A stretch of DNA of 32,000 bases from assembly GCA_025349965.1 (NCBI GenBank), contig CP075337.1, forward strand, positions 120,001 through 152,000. Reading direction: 5' to 3'. The notes below the pieces were generated by a model. It worked only from the letters and a program-made list of their open reading frames with translations. It ran no database searches and had not been told where the DNA came from. The position numbers and the translations under genes were made by a program. Below, in pieces: positions 16,602 through 24,809 of this stretch. Position 1 is the stretch's first letter, and each line of letters starts with the position of its first letter. Origin of the DNA: Candidatus Saccharimonadota bacterium (GTDB lineage Bacteria > Patescibacteriota > Saccharimonadia > Saccharimonadales > Saccharimonadaceae).

Positions 16602-16997
16602 TTATACTTCGTCTTGTGGGCGAGCTAGCGTAAAGAGTTTTGCAACTCCCCATGCAATCAAAAGATAGACAGTAATAGCAAGTAGGCTACTTACCTCAAA
16701 TACAGAAGTTCCATAGACTGGTTCGCCAAAAATGCCCGTAAAAGGTGCAACAAATGGGCTACTTGCTGAATAAATAAAGTCTGTAAAGCCGGCTTCACGA
16801 TTCGCGCCAAGCAGTAGGAAGACGAAGCGCATCGCAATGATGACGCTGATAAGTCCTGCTATAAACCAGACAATGCGCTGGAGTACGACGACCCCTGGGG
16901 CAAGTTCGGAGCGCGCAATGCGCCGTTTCTGCACGACGGTATTGCCGTTTTGAGTGTTAGTTTCTCGTACTTCGGTTTCTTGCATATCTTCCTGCAT
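16602..16997 (-). CDS. YggT-family-like membrane protein
   Basis: The pattern RFVFLLLGANREAGFTDFIYSASSPFVAPFTGIFGEP...LLAITVYLLIAWGV matches that of short YggT-family proteins. A TACAAT promoter (17019-17024) and SD GGGAGG lie upstream. Confidence 0.55.
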   Translation of the reverse strand: MQEDMQETEVRETNTQNGNTVVQKRRIARSELAPGVVVLQRIVWFIAGLISVIIAMRFVFLLLGANREAGFTDFIYSASSPFVAPFTGIFGEPVYGTSVFEVSSLLAITVYLLIAWGVAKLFTLARPQDEV

Positions 16998-17018
16998 AAT
17001 TACCTCCCGATTAACTAG

Positions 17019-17024
17019 ATTGTA
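17019..17024 (-). promoter_or_regulatory. -10 box TACAAT for the YggT-like gene (with SD leader)
   Basis: The minus strand reads TACAAT-CTAGTTAATC-GGGAGG-TAATT-ATG(16997). Confidence 0.45.
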
Positions 17025-17080
17025 CCTTTATTGTAACACCAAATGGATATCGTGAATGTTTTCCTTATTTTTAAGGGGAG

Positions 17081-17106
17081 TATAATAAGAGGTATAAGCA
17101 GGAGGG
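17081..17106 (+). promoter_or_regulatory. -10 box TATAAT (17081-17086) plus SD AGGAGGG (17100-17106) for the five-gene VOC-to-UDG operon
   Basis: The sequence is TATAATAAGAGGTATAAGCAGGAGGGTAGC-ATG(17111), very similar to the recA upstream region. Confidence 0.5.
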
Positions 17107-17110
17107 TAGC

Positions 17111-17521
17111 ATGAGAAAACAAGTGTTTATCAATTTACCGGTCAGCGATCTTGGGCGGTCCAAGATGTTCTATGAAAAGTTAGGATTTACTAATAATCCT
17201 GATTTCACCGATGAAAACGCGGCTGCGATGGTGTGGTCGGATGAAATTTACGTCATGTTGTTGACGCATGATTTTTATAAAAAATTTATAGGCAGTAGGC
17301 AGGTTGCTGATGCAGCCACTCAATCTGGGGTGCTTCTTGCTTTAACGATGGACTCCCCAGCGGCTGTGCAGAAGTTCGCTGATACTGCCAAAGAAAATGG
17401 CGGAGATTGCTATAAGGTTGATATGGGTATGCCGGAAAACGAAATGTTTGGCTATGAAGTGACTGACCCAGACGGCAATCATTGGGAGCCACTTTGGATG
17501 AGTTTTGGAGGCTCGGAATAA
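17111..17521 (+). CDS. VOC (glyoxalase/bleomycin-resistance) family protein
   Basis: MRKQVFINLPVSDLGRSKMFYEKLGFTNNPDFTDENAAAMVWSDEIYVMLL is typical of this VOC subfamily. Confidence 0.8.
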   Translation: MRKQVFINLPVSDLGRSKMFYEKLGFTNNPDFTDENAAAMVWSDEIYVMLLTHDFYKKFIGSRQVADAATQSGVLLALTMDSPAAVQKFADTAKENGGDCYKVDMGMPENEMFGYEVTDPDGNHWEPLWMSFGGSE

Positions 17522-17546
17522 AAGTCGTTTAGCAAAAGGAGGACCT

Positions 17547-17777
17547 ATGCCTTATAAATCAATTGACGAATTGCCTGATGGCGTGCATCATGTCTTGCCA
17601 AAGCATGCCCAGGAAATTTACAAAGAGGCATTTAACAGTGCATATGATCAGTACGATAAACCGGAAGAGCGACGTGGTGACGCGGATCGTGAAGAGACGG
17701 CGCATCGTGTTGCTTGGAGTGCTGTAAAAAAGGCCGGATACCACAAGGGTGACGACGATCACTGGCATAAGTCGTAA
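17547..17777 (+). CDS. ChaB family protein
   Basis: MPYKSIDELPDGVHHVLPKHAQEIYKEAFNSAYDQY is the ChaB signature. An SD AAAGGAGGA lies upstream. The track start 17505 was rejected. Confidence 0.8.
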   Translation: MPYKSIDELPDGVHHVLPKHAQEIYKEAFNSAYDQYDKPEERRGDADREETAHRVAWSAVKKAGYHKGDDDHWHKS

Positions 17778-17790
17778 AGGAGTGTATACG

Positions 17791-18243
17791 ATGCAGAAAA
17801 TAATCCCAAGCCTATGGTTTAATATGAACGCCGAAGAGGCGATGGAATATTACGTTTCTGTTTTTCCAGATTCGCGTATTAATTCAATACAAAAGTACCC
17901 CGATGAGTCGATTGACCCTCATTTTGAAGGAATGGCGGATAAAGTTATAAACGGTAATTTTACATTGAATGGCGTAGATTTCATCTGTCTTGATGGTGGC
18001 CCGGCTTTTAAATTCAATGAGGCAGTATCGTTTACGGTATTGTGCAAAGATCAAGAAGAGATTGATTATTACTGGGAGCGACTCTCTCATGTTCCCGAGA
18101 GTGAACAGTGCGGGTGGTGCAAGGATAAATTTGGTGTTTCTTGGCAGATTATTCCAAAGCATCTTGATGAGCTTCTCGGCAAGAGTCCGGATGCAATGAA
18201 GACGTTAATGAAGCAGCATAAGATTATTATTGCGGAGTACTAA
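17791..18243 (+). CDS. PhnB-like VOC protein (3-demethylubiquinone-9 3-methyltransferase-domain family)
   Basis: Motifs MQKIIPSLWFNMNAEEAMEYYVSVF...LDGGPAFKFNEAVSF...CGWCKDKFGVSWQIIP are present. An SD AAAGGAG lies upstream. Confidence 0.8.
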   Translation: MQKIIPSLWFNMNAEEAMEYYVSVFPDSRINSIQKYPDESIDPHFEGMADKVINGNFTLNGVDFICLDGGPAFKFNEAVSFTVLCKDQEEIDYYWERLSHVPESEQCGWCKDKFGVSWQIIPKHLDELLGKSPDAMKTLMKQHKIIIAEY

Positions 18244-18258
18244 TAGTAAGGAGGAGTT

Positions 18259-18447
18259 ATGACCCCGGAAGAACTACGAAAAGAAGCAGAGGACTTGCGC
18301 CGACAGGCAAGTGAAAAAGAGCAAGAGGCGCAAAGGCGCTTAGAGGAAAAAGAGGATGCTCAAAAAAGAATTGAAGATGCCGAAAGGCAGCTTCGGGAAG
18401 CCGCAAAAGATAAATCCAACGCAGAAGGTAGGACGGGCTGGTTTTAG
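18259..18447 (+). CDS. Small highly charged coiled-coil protein (62 aa), unknown function
   Basis: A strong SD (TAAGGAGGAG) lies 6 nt upstream. The E/K/R/Q-rich heptad-like sequence ends in GWF, and the gene sits tightly between operon neighbours. Confidence 0.5.
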   Translation: MTPEELRKEAEDLRRQASEKEQEAQRRLEEKEDAQKRIEDAERQLREAAKDKSNAEGRTGWF

Positions 18448-18480
18448 AGCGGCCACCCTAATTTTTAAGGAGTTTAAGGC

Positions 18481-19068
18481 GTGACCGATCCATTTGCTGA
18501 AATTTATGCAGATATTACTTCCGACCCTATGAATAGTGATATGGCTGACAAGGGGTATGCACCCGTATATACTGCAGGTGCGGGGGCAAAGATTGTTATC
18601 GTGGGGCAAGCACCGGGCGCAAAGGCGCAGATGAGCATGAAGCCGTGGAATGATGCGAGCGGAAGATTGTTGCGACAATGGCTCGGTGTGAGCGAAGAGC
18701 AATTCTACGACCCCAATCTCATTGCATTGATACCGATGGACTTCTTTTTTCCTGGAAAAGGTGTGCACGGCGATCTTCCGCCTCGTAAGGGATTTGCTGA
18801 AAAATGGCATCCTCGACTGCTTGAGCATATGCCGAATGTGGAACTCATCCTTCTCGTAGGTGCATATGCGCAAAAATACTACCTTGGTAGTACGACAAAG
18901 TATAATCTTACCGAAACTGTCCGTGCATTTGACGAGTATCTACCGCGCTATTTTCCACTTGTACACCCGAGCCCATTAAATTTCAGGTGGCGAGCTAAAA
19001 ACGCATGGTTTGATAGCGAGGTAGTACCAAAGCTTCACGAGAGGGTCTGGGCGATATTGGAAAAATAA
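18481..19068 (+). CDS. Uracil-DNA glycosylase superfamily protein
   Basis: Motif A-like IVIVGQAPG and motif B VHPSPLN are present. It has a GTG start with SD AAGGAG 8 nt upstream. Confidence 0.6.
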   Translation: MTDPFAEIYADITSDPMNSDMADKGYAPVYTAGAGAKIVIVGQAPGAKAQMSMKPWNDASGRLLRQWLGVSEEQFYDPNLIALIPMDFFFPGKGVHGDLPPRKGFAEKWHPRLLEHMPNVELILLVGAYAQKYYLGSTTKYNLTETVRAFDEYLPRYFPLVHPSPLNFRWRAKNAWFDSEVVPKLHERVWAILEK

Positions 19069-19093
19069 AAACCTACCACGTATTGATGGTAGG
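19061..19093 (-). terminator. Rho-independent terminator downstream of tRNA-Pro (hairpin shared with the end of the plus-strand operon)
   Basis: The stem CCTACCA (19072-19078) / TGGTAGG (19087-19093) has an 8-nt loop. On the minus strand it is followed by TTTTTATTTTT. Confidence 0.65.
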
Positions 19094-19110
19094 CTTGAAT
19101 GAGATTCTAG

Positions 19111-19187
19111 TGGTCGGGGTGAAAGGACTCGAACCTTCGACCTCACGGTCCCAAACCGCGCGCGCTAGCCAACTGCGCCACACCCCG
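19111..19187 (-). tRNA. tRNA-Pro (anticodon UGG), CCA encoded
   Basis: The minus strand reads CGGGGTG-TG-GCGC-AGTTGGCTA-GCGC-G-CGCGG-TTTGGGA-CCGTG-AGGTC-GAAGG-TTCGAGT-CCTTT-CACCCCG-ACCA. This folds into a full cloverleaf with the anticodon loop TT-TGG-GA. Confidence 0.9.
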
Positions 19188-19267
19188 AAAGGATTACGTA
19201 AACCGTAACTTTAGTAAGTATACGATATTTGTACATAAATTACTAGTAGCAAGTGGAAGAATACTCC

Positions 19268-19276
19268 TGTATAACT
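19268..19276 (+). promoter_or_regulatory. -10-like box TGTATAACT, 9 nt upstream of ATG 19286
   Basis: The sequence reads TGTATAACT-AAGGGTAGT-ATG. It shares the AAGGG discriminator seen at 215 and 1722. Confidence 0.35.
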
Positions 19277-19285
19277 AAGGGTAGT

Positions 19286-20803
19286 ATGAAAACACGTATG
19301 AGTATGTTCAAGATGGTAGAAAAATATTGGTATGTTGCGGTATTTGTTGTTGCCGCGCTTTTCTTCTGGCTAACAATGGCCCTCTCATTTGGGCAGCCGA
19401 TCTGGTTTGATGAAGGATATTCTATTCTTTTGGCGAAGCACAGCACTGCTGAACTTCTATCTCTTACGGCTGTTGATGCGCATCCACCGCTCTACTACCT
19501 GTTACTAAAGGTGTGGTCGGGGGTGTTCGGCTGGGGTGAATATGCCATCCGAAGCCTTAGTGCGTTTTTGATGAGTGTGGCAGTGGTGGTTGCGGCATTG
19601 ACGCTACGCAAGATGTTTTCCACAAAAGTAATGTTGGTTGCGATTCCATTTATTCTCGTTGCACCGTTCTTGTTACGGTATGGGTATGAGGTCCGTATGT
19701 ATGCGCTCGCGACTTTAATTGCCGTCAGCGCGACTTATATTCTAGTACGTATCCAGAGTGACAAGCGGTGGCAGTGGTGGATTCCATATAGCGTCCTTGT
19801 TGCTCTTGGTATGTATACGCTCTATATGACAGTTGCTGTCTGGGTTGCGCATTTTGTGTGGCTGCTGGTTGTCTCAATAAAGTCAAAGCAACGTCCGTTT
19901 TGGCGCTGGCCGTGGCTCTATGCATTTGCAGGTGCCGTGGTGTTCTTCTTGCCGTACATTAAAACGTTTTTATATCAACTGACACACTCAGCACTTCCGG
20001 GTATGGGGAATGAGATGACAATTCCCCAGCTTACTAATATTGTCAGTACGCTTAGTCTTTATACTCCCGAGTGGAATCTTGGTGGTTGGGGTACTATCGT
20101 AATTGTCATCATGCTCGTGGGGCTTTCGTTGCTCGGTATATCTGTATATCGCGGGCTTGATAAAAATAAGAAGCGTTCATTCATGTTGATCACTGCACTA
20201 TCAGTAATCCCTATACTCTTCTATGGACTTATCTCGCTCCCGCCTCGCGACCCGGTGTTTATCGTACGCTATATGGCACACAGCGCTATCTTTATTTATA
20301 TGCTTGCCGGTGCCATTGTGGCACTTTCATTACTAAAGGGAGGAAAAGGCGCTATAAAAGTGCGAACAGTTATTTTTAGCGCCGGTGTTCTGGTAGTACT
20401 GCTTGGTGGTGTATATATCTTGCAGAAAACAGGTAATTTCAATTTTGAGCGTATGCAGCTGCCACTCACGACGGCAGTACACCGTGAAGCGAGGTGTGAT
20501 AATGACGAGACGGTAGTGGTTGCGGATGACCCATACACGTACATCGATAGTGCATACTACTTCACTGATTGTCAGTTGTTCTTTTATAGCAAGGATGAAA
20601 TCGCCTACAAGGGCGGATATGCGATGCTTCACCGAAGCGATCGTCGAGTCTCAAGCCCTGCCGATGTTGCGACGCCTGTGGTAGTTCATCTTGGATGGAA
20701 GGGGCAAGAGTCAGCTTTTAAGCCCGATACTCGATATACACTCGTTGAGACGATTACATTTGATAAGCAGGTAATGAGCCGCTATAAACTTAACGCGGAA
20801 TAA
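19286..20803 (+). CDS. GT39/ArnT-PMT_2-like membrane glycosyltransferase
   Basis: The protein is polytopic, with FDEGYS...DAHPPLYYLLLKVW...AIRSLSA at the N-terminal loop, as is typical of PMT_2/ArnT-like enzymes. The start is taken at ATG 19286 (MKTRMSMF...). Confidence 0.6.
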   Translation: MKTRMSMFKMVEKYWYVAVFVVAALFFWLTMALSFGQPIWFDEGYSILLAKHSTAELLSLTAVDAHPPLYYLLLKVWSGVFGWGEYAIRSLSAFLMSVAVVVAALTLRKMFSTKVMLVAIPFILVAPFLLRYGYEVRMYALATLIAVSATYILVRIQSDKRWQWWIPYSVLVALGMYTLYMTVAVWVAHFVWLLVVSIKSKQRPFWRWPWLYAFAGAVVFFLPYIKTFLYQLTHSALPGMGNEMTIPQLTNIVSTLSLYTPEWNLGGWGTIVIVIMLVGLSLLGISVYRGLDKNKKRSFMLITALSVIPILFYGLISLPPRDPVFIVRYMAHSAIFIYMLAGAIVALSLLKGGKGAIKVRTVIFSAGVLVVLLGGVYILQKTGNFNFERMQLPLTTAVHREARCDNDETVVVADDPYTYIDSAYYFTDCQLFFYSKDEIAYKGGYAMLHRSDRRVSSPADVATPVVVHLGWKGQESAFKPDTRYTLVETITFDKQVMSRYKLNAE

Positions 20804-21911
20804 TCTTAAATAAGAACTTCTTTTTCACTGCAAGAAGTATTAATCCGATAACTGCAACGGAGCCGACTGCGTTAATGATAATATTGCCACTTGTTTCTGG
20901 GGCGATAATGAGATGTGCGAAGAATAGAATGATGGCGTGTAAGATGTACACGTAGAGAGAGTTTTGGCCAAAGGGGAGGAGTATCCACCCGAGCGCCTTG
21001 ACGATGCGATCTTCATAGCGACTGAAGATATAGAACCCAAGAGTAAACCACAATCCAAACAGAAGGATTCTTAGTGGGCTCAAGGCTTCTTTGTTGAAGA
21101 ATTCTGCTAAGAATAATTCAAGTCCCTTAGCGGCATCCGTTCCAGGAAGGGCTGTGATGGCGACGAGGGTGAGATTGGCAAAAAGCGTCACAATAGCTGT
21201 CGCGAGTATCGGAAAAAGAATTCGTCGCTTCGTGAGCGTAGTGAGTTTAGTCCACTTTTTAGCAAGAATATCCCAATAAAATCCAAGTGTCATTCCACCA
21301 AAGAAGATGAGTTGCCAAGAGAGAATCATGAGTAGCTCGGTTGAGTGCTCTGTATATTCTTTTGCGTAAGGGAAAAGCGCCCAAAAGCCAATGTTAATAG
21401 CTAGAAGGATTGGCCACTTGTTTTTTCGTAGCAAGAGAAGTGCGAATGGGCTCGCGATTAAGAATACGCCATAAAGTCGCAGGAAGTCAGCCCAGCCGTA
21501 TATGTAGTTGAGGCTAAGAGCGCCCGTAATGATGTCGCCAAAAGATTCGCTCATTGGCCGTATACCCGCCTTGAGACCTGGATTGTCCATAAACATCCAC
21601 CCAATAACGGTAAAGATAAGCATGAGGACTACGCTGATTACGTAGAGTAAAACCCCTCTGTTGATAAGAAGAAGGGCTGCCTTCTTGAAGGGCACATCGA
21701 TGAGTTTTCTTCCTCGAATAATTCCTAAGACAATTCCTGAAATAAAAAAGAATCCTTCAGCGGCCGAGACGAAAAGAGAGCCTCTAAAGGCTACCCAGTC
21801 AAGACCATTTGGATACCACTGAAGATGGTTGAGGATAATCGAGACCATGAAATAGCCTCGTAGTAAATCAAACGTGAGTATCCTTTTTGATTTTTTCGTC
21901 ACTTCTGACAT
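20790..21911 (-). CDS. OpgC / acyltransferase-3-like polytopic membrane protein
   Basis: RILTFDLLRGYFMVSIILNH...FFFISGIVLG is followed by about 10 TM helices. The start is set at ATG 21911 because TGCTATAAT lies 7 nt upstream; the alternative ATG 21920 lies inside the -10 box. Confidence 0.5.
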   Translation of the reverse strand: MSEVTKKSKRILTFDLLRGYFMVSIILNHLQWYPNGLDWVAFRGSLFVSAAEGFFFISGIVLGIIRGRKLIDVPFKKAALLLINRGVLLYVISVVLMLIFTVIGWMFMDNPGLKAGIRPMSESFGDIITGALSLNYIYGWADFLRLYGVFLIASPFALLLLRKNKWPILLAINIGFWALFPYAKEYTEHSTELLMILSWQLIFFGGMTLGFYWDILAKKWTKLTTLTKRRILFPILATAIVTLFANLTLVAITALPGTDAAKGLELFLAEFFNKEALSPLRILLFGLWFTLGFYIFSRYEDRIVKALGWILLPFGQNSLYVYILHAIILFFAHLIIAPETSGNIIINAVGSVAVIGLILLAVKKKFLFKIIPR

Positions 21912-21918
21912 TCTTTTC

Positions 21919-21927
21919 ATTATAGCA
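21919..21927 (-). promoter_or_regulatory. Extended -10 box TGCTATAAT, 7 nt upstream of ATG 21911 (minus)
   Basis: The minus strand reads TGCTATAAT-GAAAAGA-ATG. Confidence 0.5.
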
Positions 21928-22019
21928 CTAGGAAGCGAGTGAAAAGAGCGGCTGGGCGCTTTTCCGAGCGACGACGCGCTTCTATTGGCAAAAGTGGCAA
22001 AATAGCACTAGAGGGTGAG

Positions 22020-22025
22020 TATAAT
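22020..22025 (+). promoter_or_regulatory. -10 box TATAAT, 6 nt upstream of the tilS ATG
   Basis: The sequence reads TATAAT-AGGGTT-ATG(22032). Confidence 0.5.
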
Positions 22026-22031
22026 AGGGTT

Positions 22032-22862
22032 ATGAATAAAGTCGTTGCAGTGAGTGGTGGAGTGGATTCTGTTGTACTTCTAGACATGCTCGTAGGTAAG
22101 TATGGGGCTTCGACTATTATCGTTGCTCATTTTGATCACGGTATTCGGCCTTCATCGAGTGCAGATGCGGTGTTTGTTCAAGAGCTCGCTCATCGATACG
22201 GTTGTATATATGAGGGCGCGCGCGAGGAATTAGGTGCGAGCGCAAGTGAGGAGCGAGCGCGCGACGGTCGGTACCGATTTTTGCACTCAGTTGCCTTGAT
22301 GTATGATGCTCAATTGGTGACCGCGCATCATCTCGATGATCTTGTTGAGACGGTCGTACTTCAGAATATTCGGGGCACTGGCTGGCGCGGACTAACACCA
22401 TTCGGGCAGGACATTGAGCGCCCCCTCTTGGATATGACGAAAGAGGATATTCTAGACTATGCAAGAGCGCATAGACTTGCGTGGCGTGAAGACGAGACGA
22501 ATCAAACACTCTTATATGCGCGAAATCGCATTCGTCCAGCTGTTGGAGCATTGCCGATTGATACAAAGCGTCAAATTCACGCTTTGTATACACAGCAGTG
22601 GGCAATACGTGCTGATATTGATCAAGAAGTTGCAAAATTACTTGAGACGCGGACGAGTGAGCGGTACTTTTTTATTATGACACCCCCCTCCGAGAGGGAA
22701 GAGCTTCTTCGCGCGCTCACGGCAGGTCGATTGACGCGTCCGCAGTTGACGCGACTCGCCCACGCTATTTGCGTTGCTAAGCCCCGTTCGACGTATCAGG
22801 CTGGCGCTGGTATTGAAGTTCATTTCACCACTCGCACATTTAGTGTAAAACTGATAAAATAA
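22032..22862 (+). CDS. tilS: tRNA(Ile)-lysidine synthase TilS (short form, 276 aa)
   Basis: It has the PP-loop VAVSGGVDSVVL and the motifs HFDHGIR and TAHHLDDLVET. The track start 21939 was rejected in favour of the ATG behind the -10 box. Confidence 0.85.
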   Translation: MNKVVAVSGGVDSVVLLDMLVGKYGASTIIVAHFDHGIRPSSSADAVFVQELAHRYGCIYEGAREELGASASEERARDGRYRFLHSVALMYDAQLVTAHHLDDLVETVVLQNIRGTGWRGLTPFGQDIERPLLDMTKEDILDYARAHRLAWREDETNQTLLYARNRIRPAVGALPIDTKRQIHALYTQQWAIRADIDQEVAKLLETRTSERYFFIMTPPSEREELLRALTAGRLTRPQLTRLAHAICVAKPRSTYQAGAGIEVHFTTRTFSVKLIK

Positions 22863-22917
22863 AGAGAGATACTAGAGAGAATATTCTTACAATTCCCGAA
22901 AGGACATATCGTTTTTT

Positions 22918-24780
22918 ATGGCAGCAACTGCACCGTCACCAAAGAAAAAACCTAGCACTATCTTGCGCCTCACGCTCTTCTGGGCGATTGTTGTGTTTGG
23001 TGCACTTATTATTTACGCAATTACCGCTCCTGGTGAAGCCCTGAAGGATGTTGCGGTTTCGGACGTAATCAAGCGCGCCAATAGTGGTGACATCACTAAG
23101 ATTGTTGTTGAGGGAAATGCCCTCACTGTAACTCCAAAGGGGAGTGATAAGCCGACAGAAAAGTCCGTAAAAGACGCTTCAAGTAGCTTGCAGGATCAGG
23201 GTCTAAAGAAAGATGCAAACGTTACTATCGAGGTAAAGCAGCCATCTAAGACTGGGGATATTCTATGGAATCTTGCCATCATTGTAGTGCCGGTACTCCT
23301 TATCGTTGCGTTCTTTATGTTCATGATGCGTCAAGCACAAGGACAGAACAATCAGGCTATGGGCTTCGGCAAATCAAAGGCGAAGCTATACGGCGAGGAT
23401 AAGACAAAGGTACTCTTTAGCGACATTGCTGGTAATGAAGCTGCAAAACAAGACCTCGAAGAGGTGGTGGACTTTCTCAAGAGTCCAAAGAAGTATGAGT
23501 CACTTGGGGCAAAGATTCCGAAGGGCGTGCTGCTCGTTGGTCACCCGGGTACCGGTAAGACGATGCTTGCGCGTGCCGTTGCGGGTGAGGCTGGTGTACC
23601 TTTCTTCAGTATTAGCGGTTCTGAGTTTGTAGAAATGTTCGTGGGAGTTGGCGCATCCCGTGTGCGCGATCTTTTTGCTAAGGCGAAGAAGAACGCTCCG
23701 GCGATTATCTTCATTGACGAAATTGATGCCGTTGGACGCCGCCGTGGTAGCGGAATGGGTGGTGGCCACGATGAGCGTGAGCAGACCCTCAACCAGATTC
23801 TTGTTGAAATGGATGGGTTTGAAACTGGCGCGAACGTCATTGTGCTTGCCGCAACAAACCGTGCTGATGTGCTTGACCCAGCACTACTTCGCCCAGGTCG
23901 TTTTGATCGCCGCACGAATATTACACTTCCTGAGCGTAAAGACCGTGAGGCAATCTTAAAGGTACACTTTAAGAATAAGCCGACTGATAAGGATGTAAAT
24001 ATTGATTCACTCGCAGCTAAGACGGCTGGTTCATCAGGCGCGGATCTTGCGAATATCGCCAATGAGGCGGCAATTATTGCGGCGCGTCGTAACTCTAAAA
24101 AGATCTCAAACGCTGATCTTACCGAGGCTTTTGAGAAGGTGGCTATTGGTCCAGAGCGTAAGGCGAAGGTGATCGGTGAAGAAGAGAAGCGCATGACGGC
24201 GTATCATGAGGCAGGGCATGCAATTGTCGGTCATGTTCTCCCGGATAGTGACCCTGTCCACAAGGTGACGATTATCCCTCGTGGTGGTACTGGTGGTGTG
24301 ACATGGTTCCTTCCGCCGGAAGACCGTAACTATACAAGCATCATTGAGTTCAAGGATATCCTTGCCCGTGCAATGGGCGGGCGTGTTGCGGAAAAGGTTA
24401 TTTACGGAGCGGAACGCGTCACAACCGGTGCAGGCTCTGATCTTCGTAAGGCGACTGAAATTGCTCGCGATATGGTGATTGAGCAAGGCATGGGTACGAA
24501 GCTTCGTGACCAGGTGTTCCATGAAGATAATGGTGGTATGGTATTCGATAAGATTACCCATGAGCGGCCATATAGTGACGAAACCGCGCGCGAAATTGAC
24601 GCTGAGGTTGCGGTCCTTATCAGGGAAGCTGCCGTAAGGGCGGAGGCTGTTATTAACGCAAACCGCACTGCACTCGATACTCTTGCCGAAGCACTTGTAG
24701 ATAAAGAAACGCTCGAGGAAGACGCCGTAGCGGAAATTCTAAAAGACACAAAACTACCTAAGGACGCAGCGCTTTACTAA
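22918..24780 (+). CDS. ftsH: ATP-dependent zinc metalloprotease FtsH
   Basis: It has two N-terminal TM helices, Walker A GHPGTGKT, Walker [10 protein letters not shown], the SRH, and the zinc site HEAGHA. Confidence 0.97.
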   Translation: MAATAPSPKKKPSTILRLTLFWAIVVFGALIIYAITAPGEALKDVAVSDVIKRANSGDITKIVVEGNALTVTPKGSDKPTEKSVKDASSSLQDQGLKKDANVTIEVKQPSKTGDILWNLAIIVVPVLLIVAFFMFMMRQAQGQNNQAMGFGKSKAKLYGEDKTKVLFSDIAGNEAAKQDLEEVVDFLKSPKKYESLGAKIPKGVLLVGHPGTGKTMLARAVAGEAGVPFFSISGSEFVEMFVGVGASRVRDLFAKAKKNAPAIIFIDEIDAVGRRRGSGMGGGHDEREQTLNQILVEMDGFETGANVIVLAATNRADVLDPALLRPGRFDRRTNITLPERKDREAILKVHFKNKPTDKDVNIDSLAAKTAGSSGADLANIANEAAIIAARRNSKKISNADLTEAFEKVAIGPERKAKVIGEEEKRMTAYHEAGHAIVGHVLPDSDPVHKVTIIPRGGTGGVTWFLPPEDRNYTSIIEFKDILARAMGGRVAEKVIYGAERVTTGAGSDLRKATEIARDMVIEQGMGTKLRDQVFHEDNGGMVFDKITHERPYSDETAREIDAEVAVLIREAAVRAEAVINANRTALDTLAEALVDKETLEEDAVAEILKDTKLPKDAALY

Positions 24781-24809
24781 GATATTAATTCAGCGCGCAC
24801 ACTCGGTGC

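Noticed and set aside
18340-18873. A 177-aa minus-strand ORF opposite the coiled-coil peptide and UDG-family genes.
   Set aside because: It is antisense to genes that have strong SDs and conserved motifs (GQAPG, HPSPLN). Its own translation is Cys/His/Arg-rich nonsense-like sequence.
16054-19187. The idea that the DUF1697-to-UDG block is a horizontally acquired island integrated at tRNA-Pro.
   Set aside because: No integrase or recombinase is present, and I saw no direct repeat of the tRNA 3' end. The strong SDs are explained by operon-internal positions, and the promoter block matches the recA one. The evidence is insufficient.
23541-24194. A 217-aa minus-strand ORF, plus other smaller ORFs, inside ftsH.
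   Set aside because: It is antisense to the conserved AAA+ core of FtsH. The product is an S/A/R-rich low-complexity translation typical of the reverse frame of a real gene.
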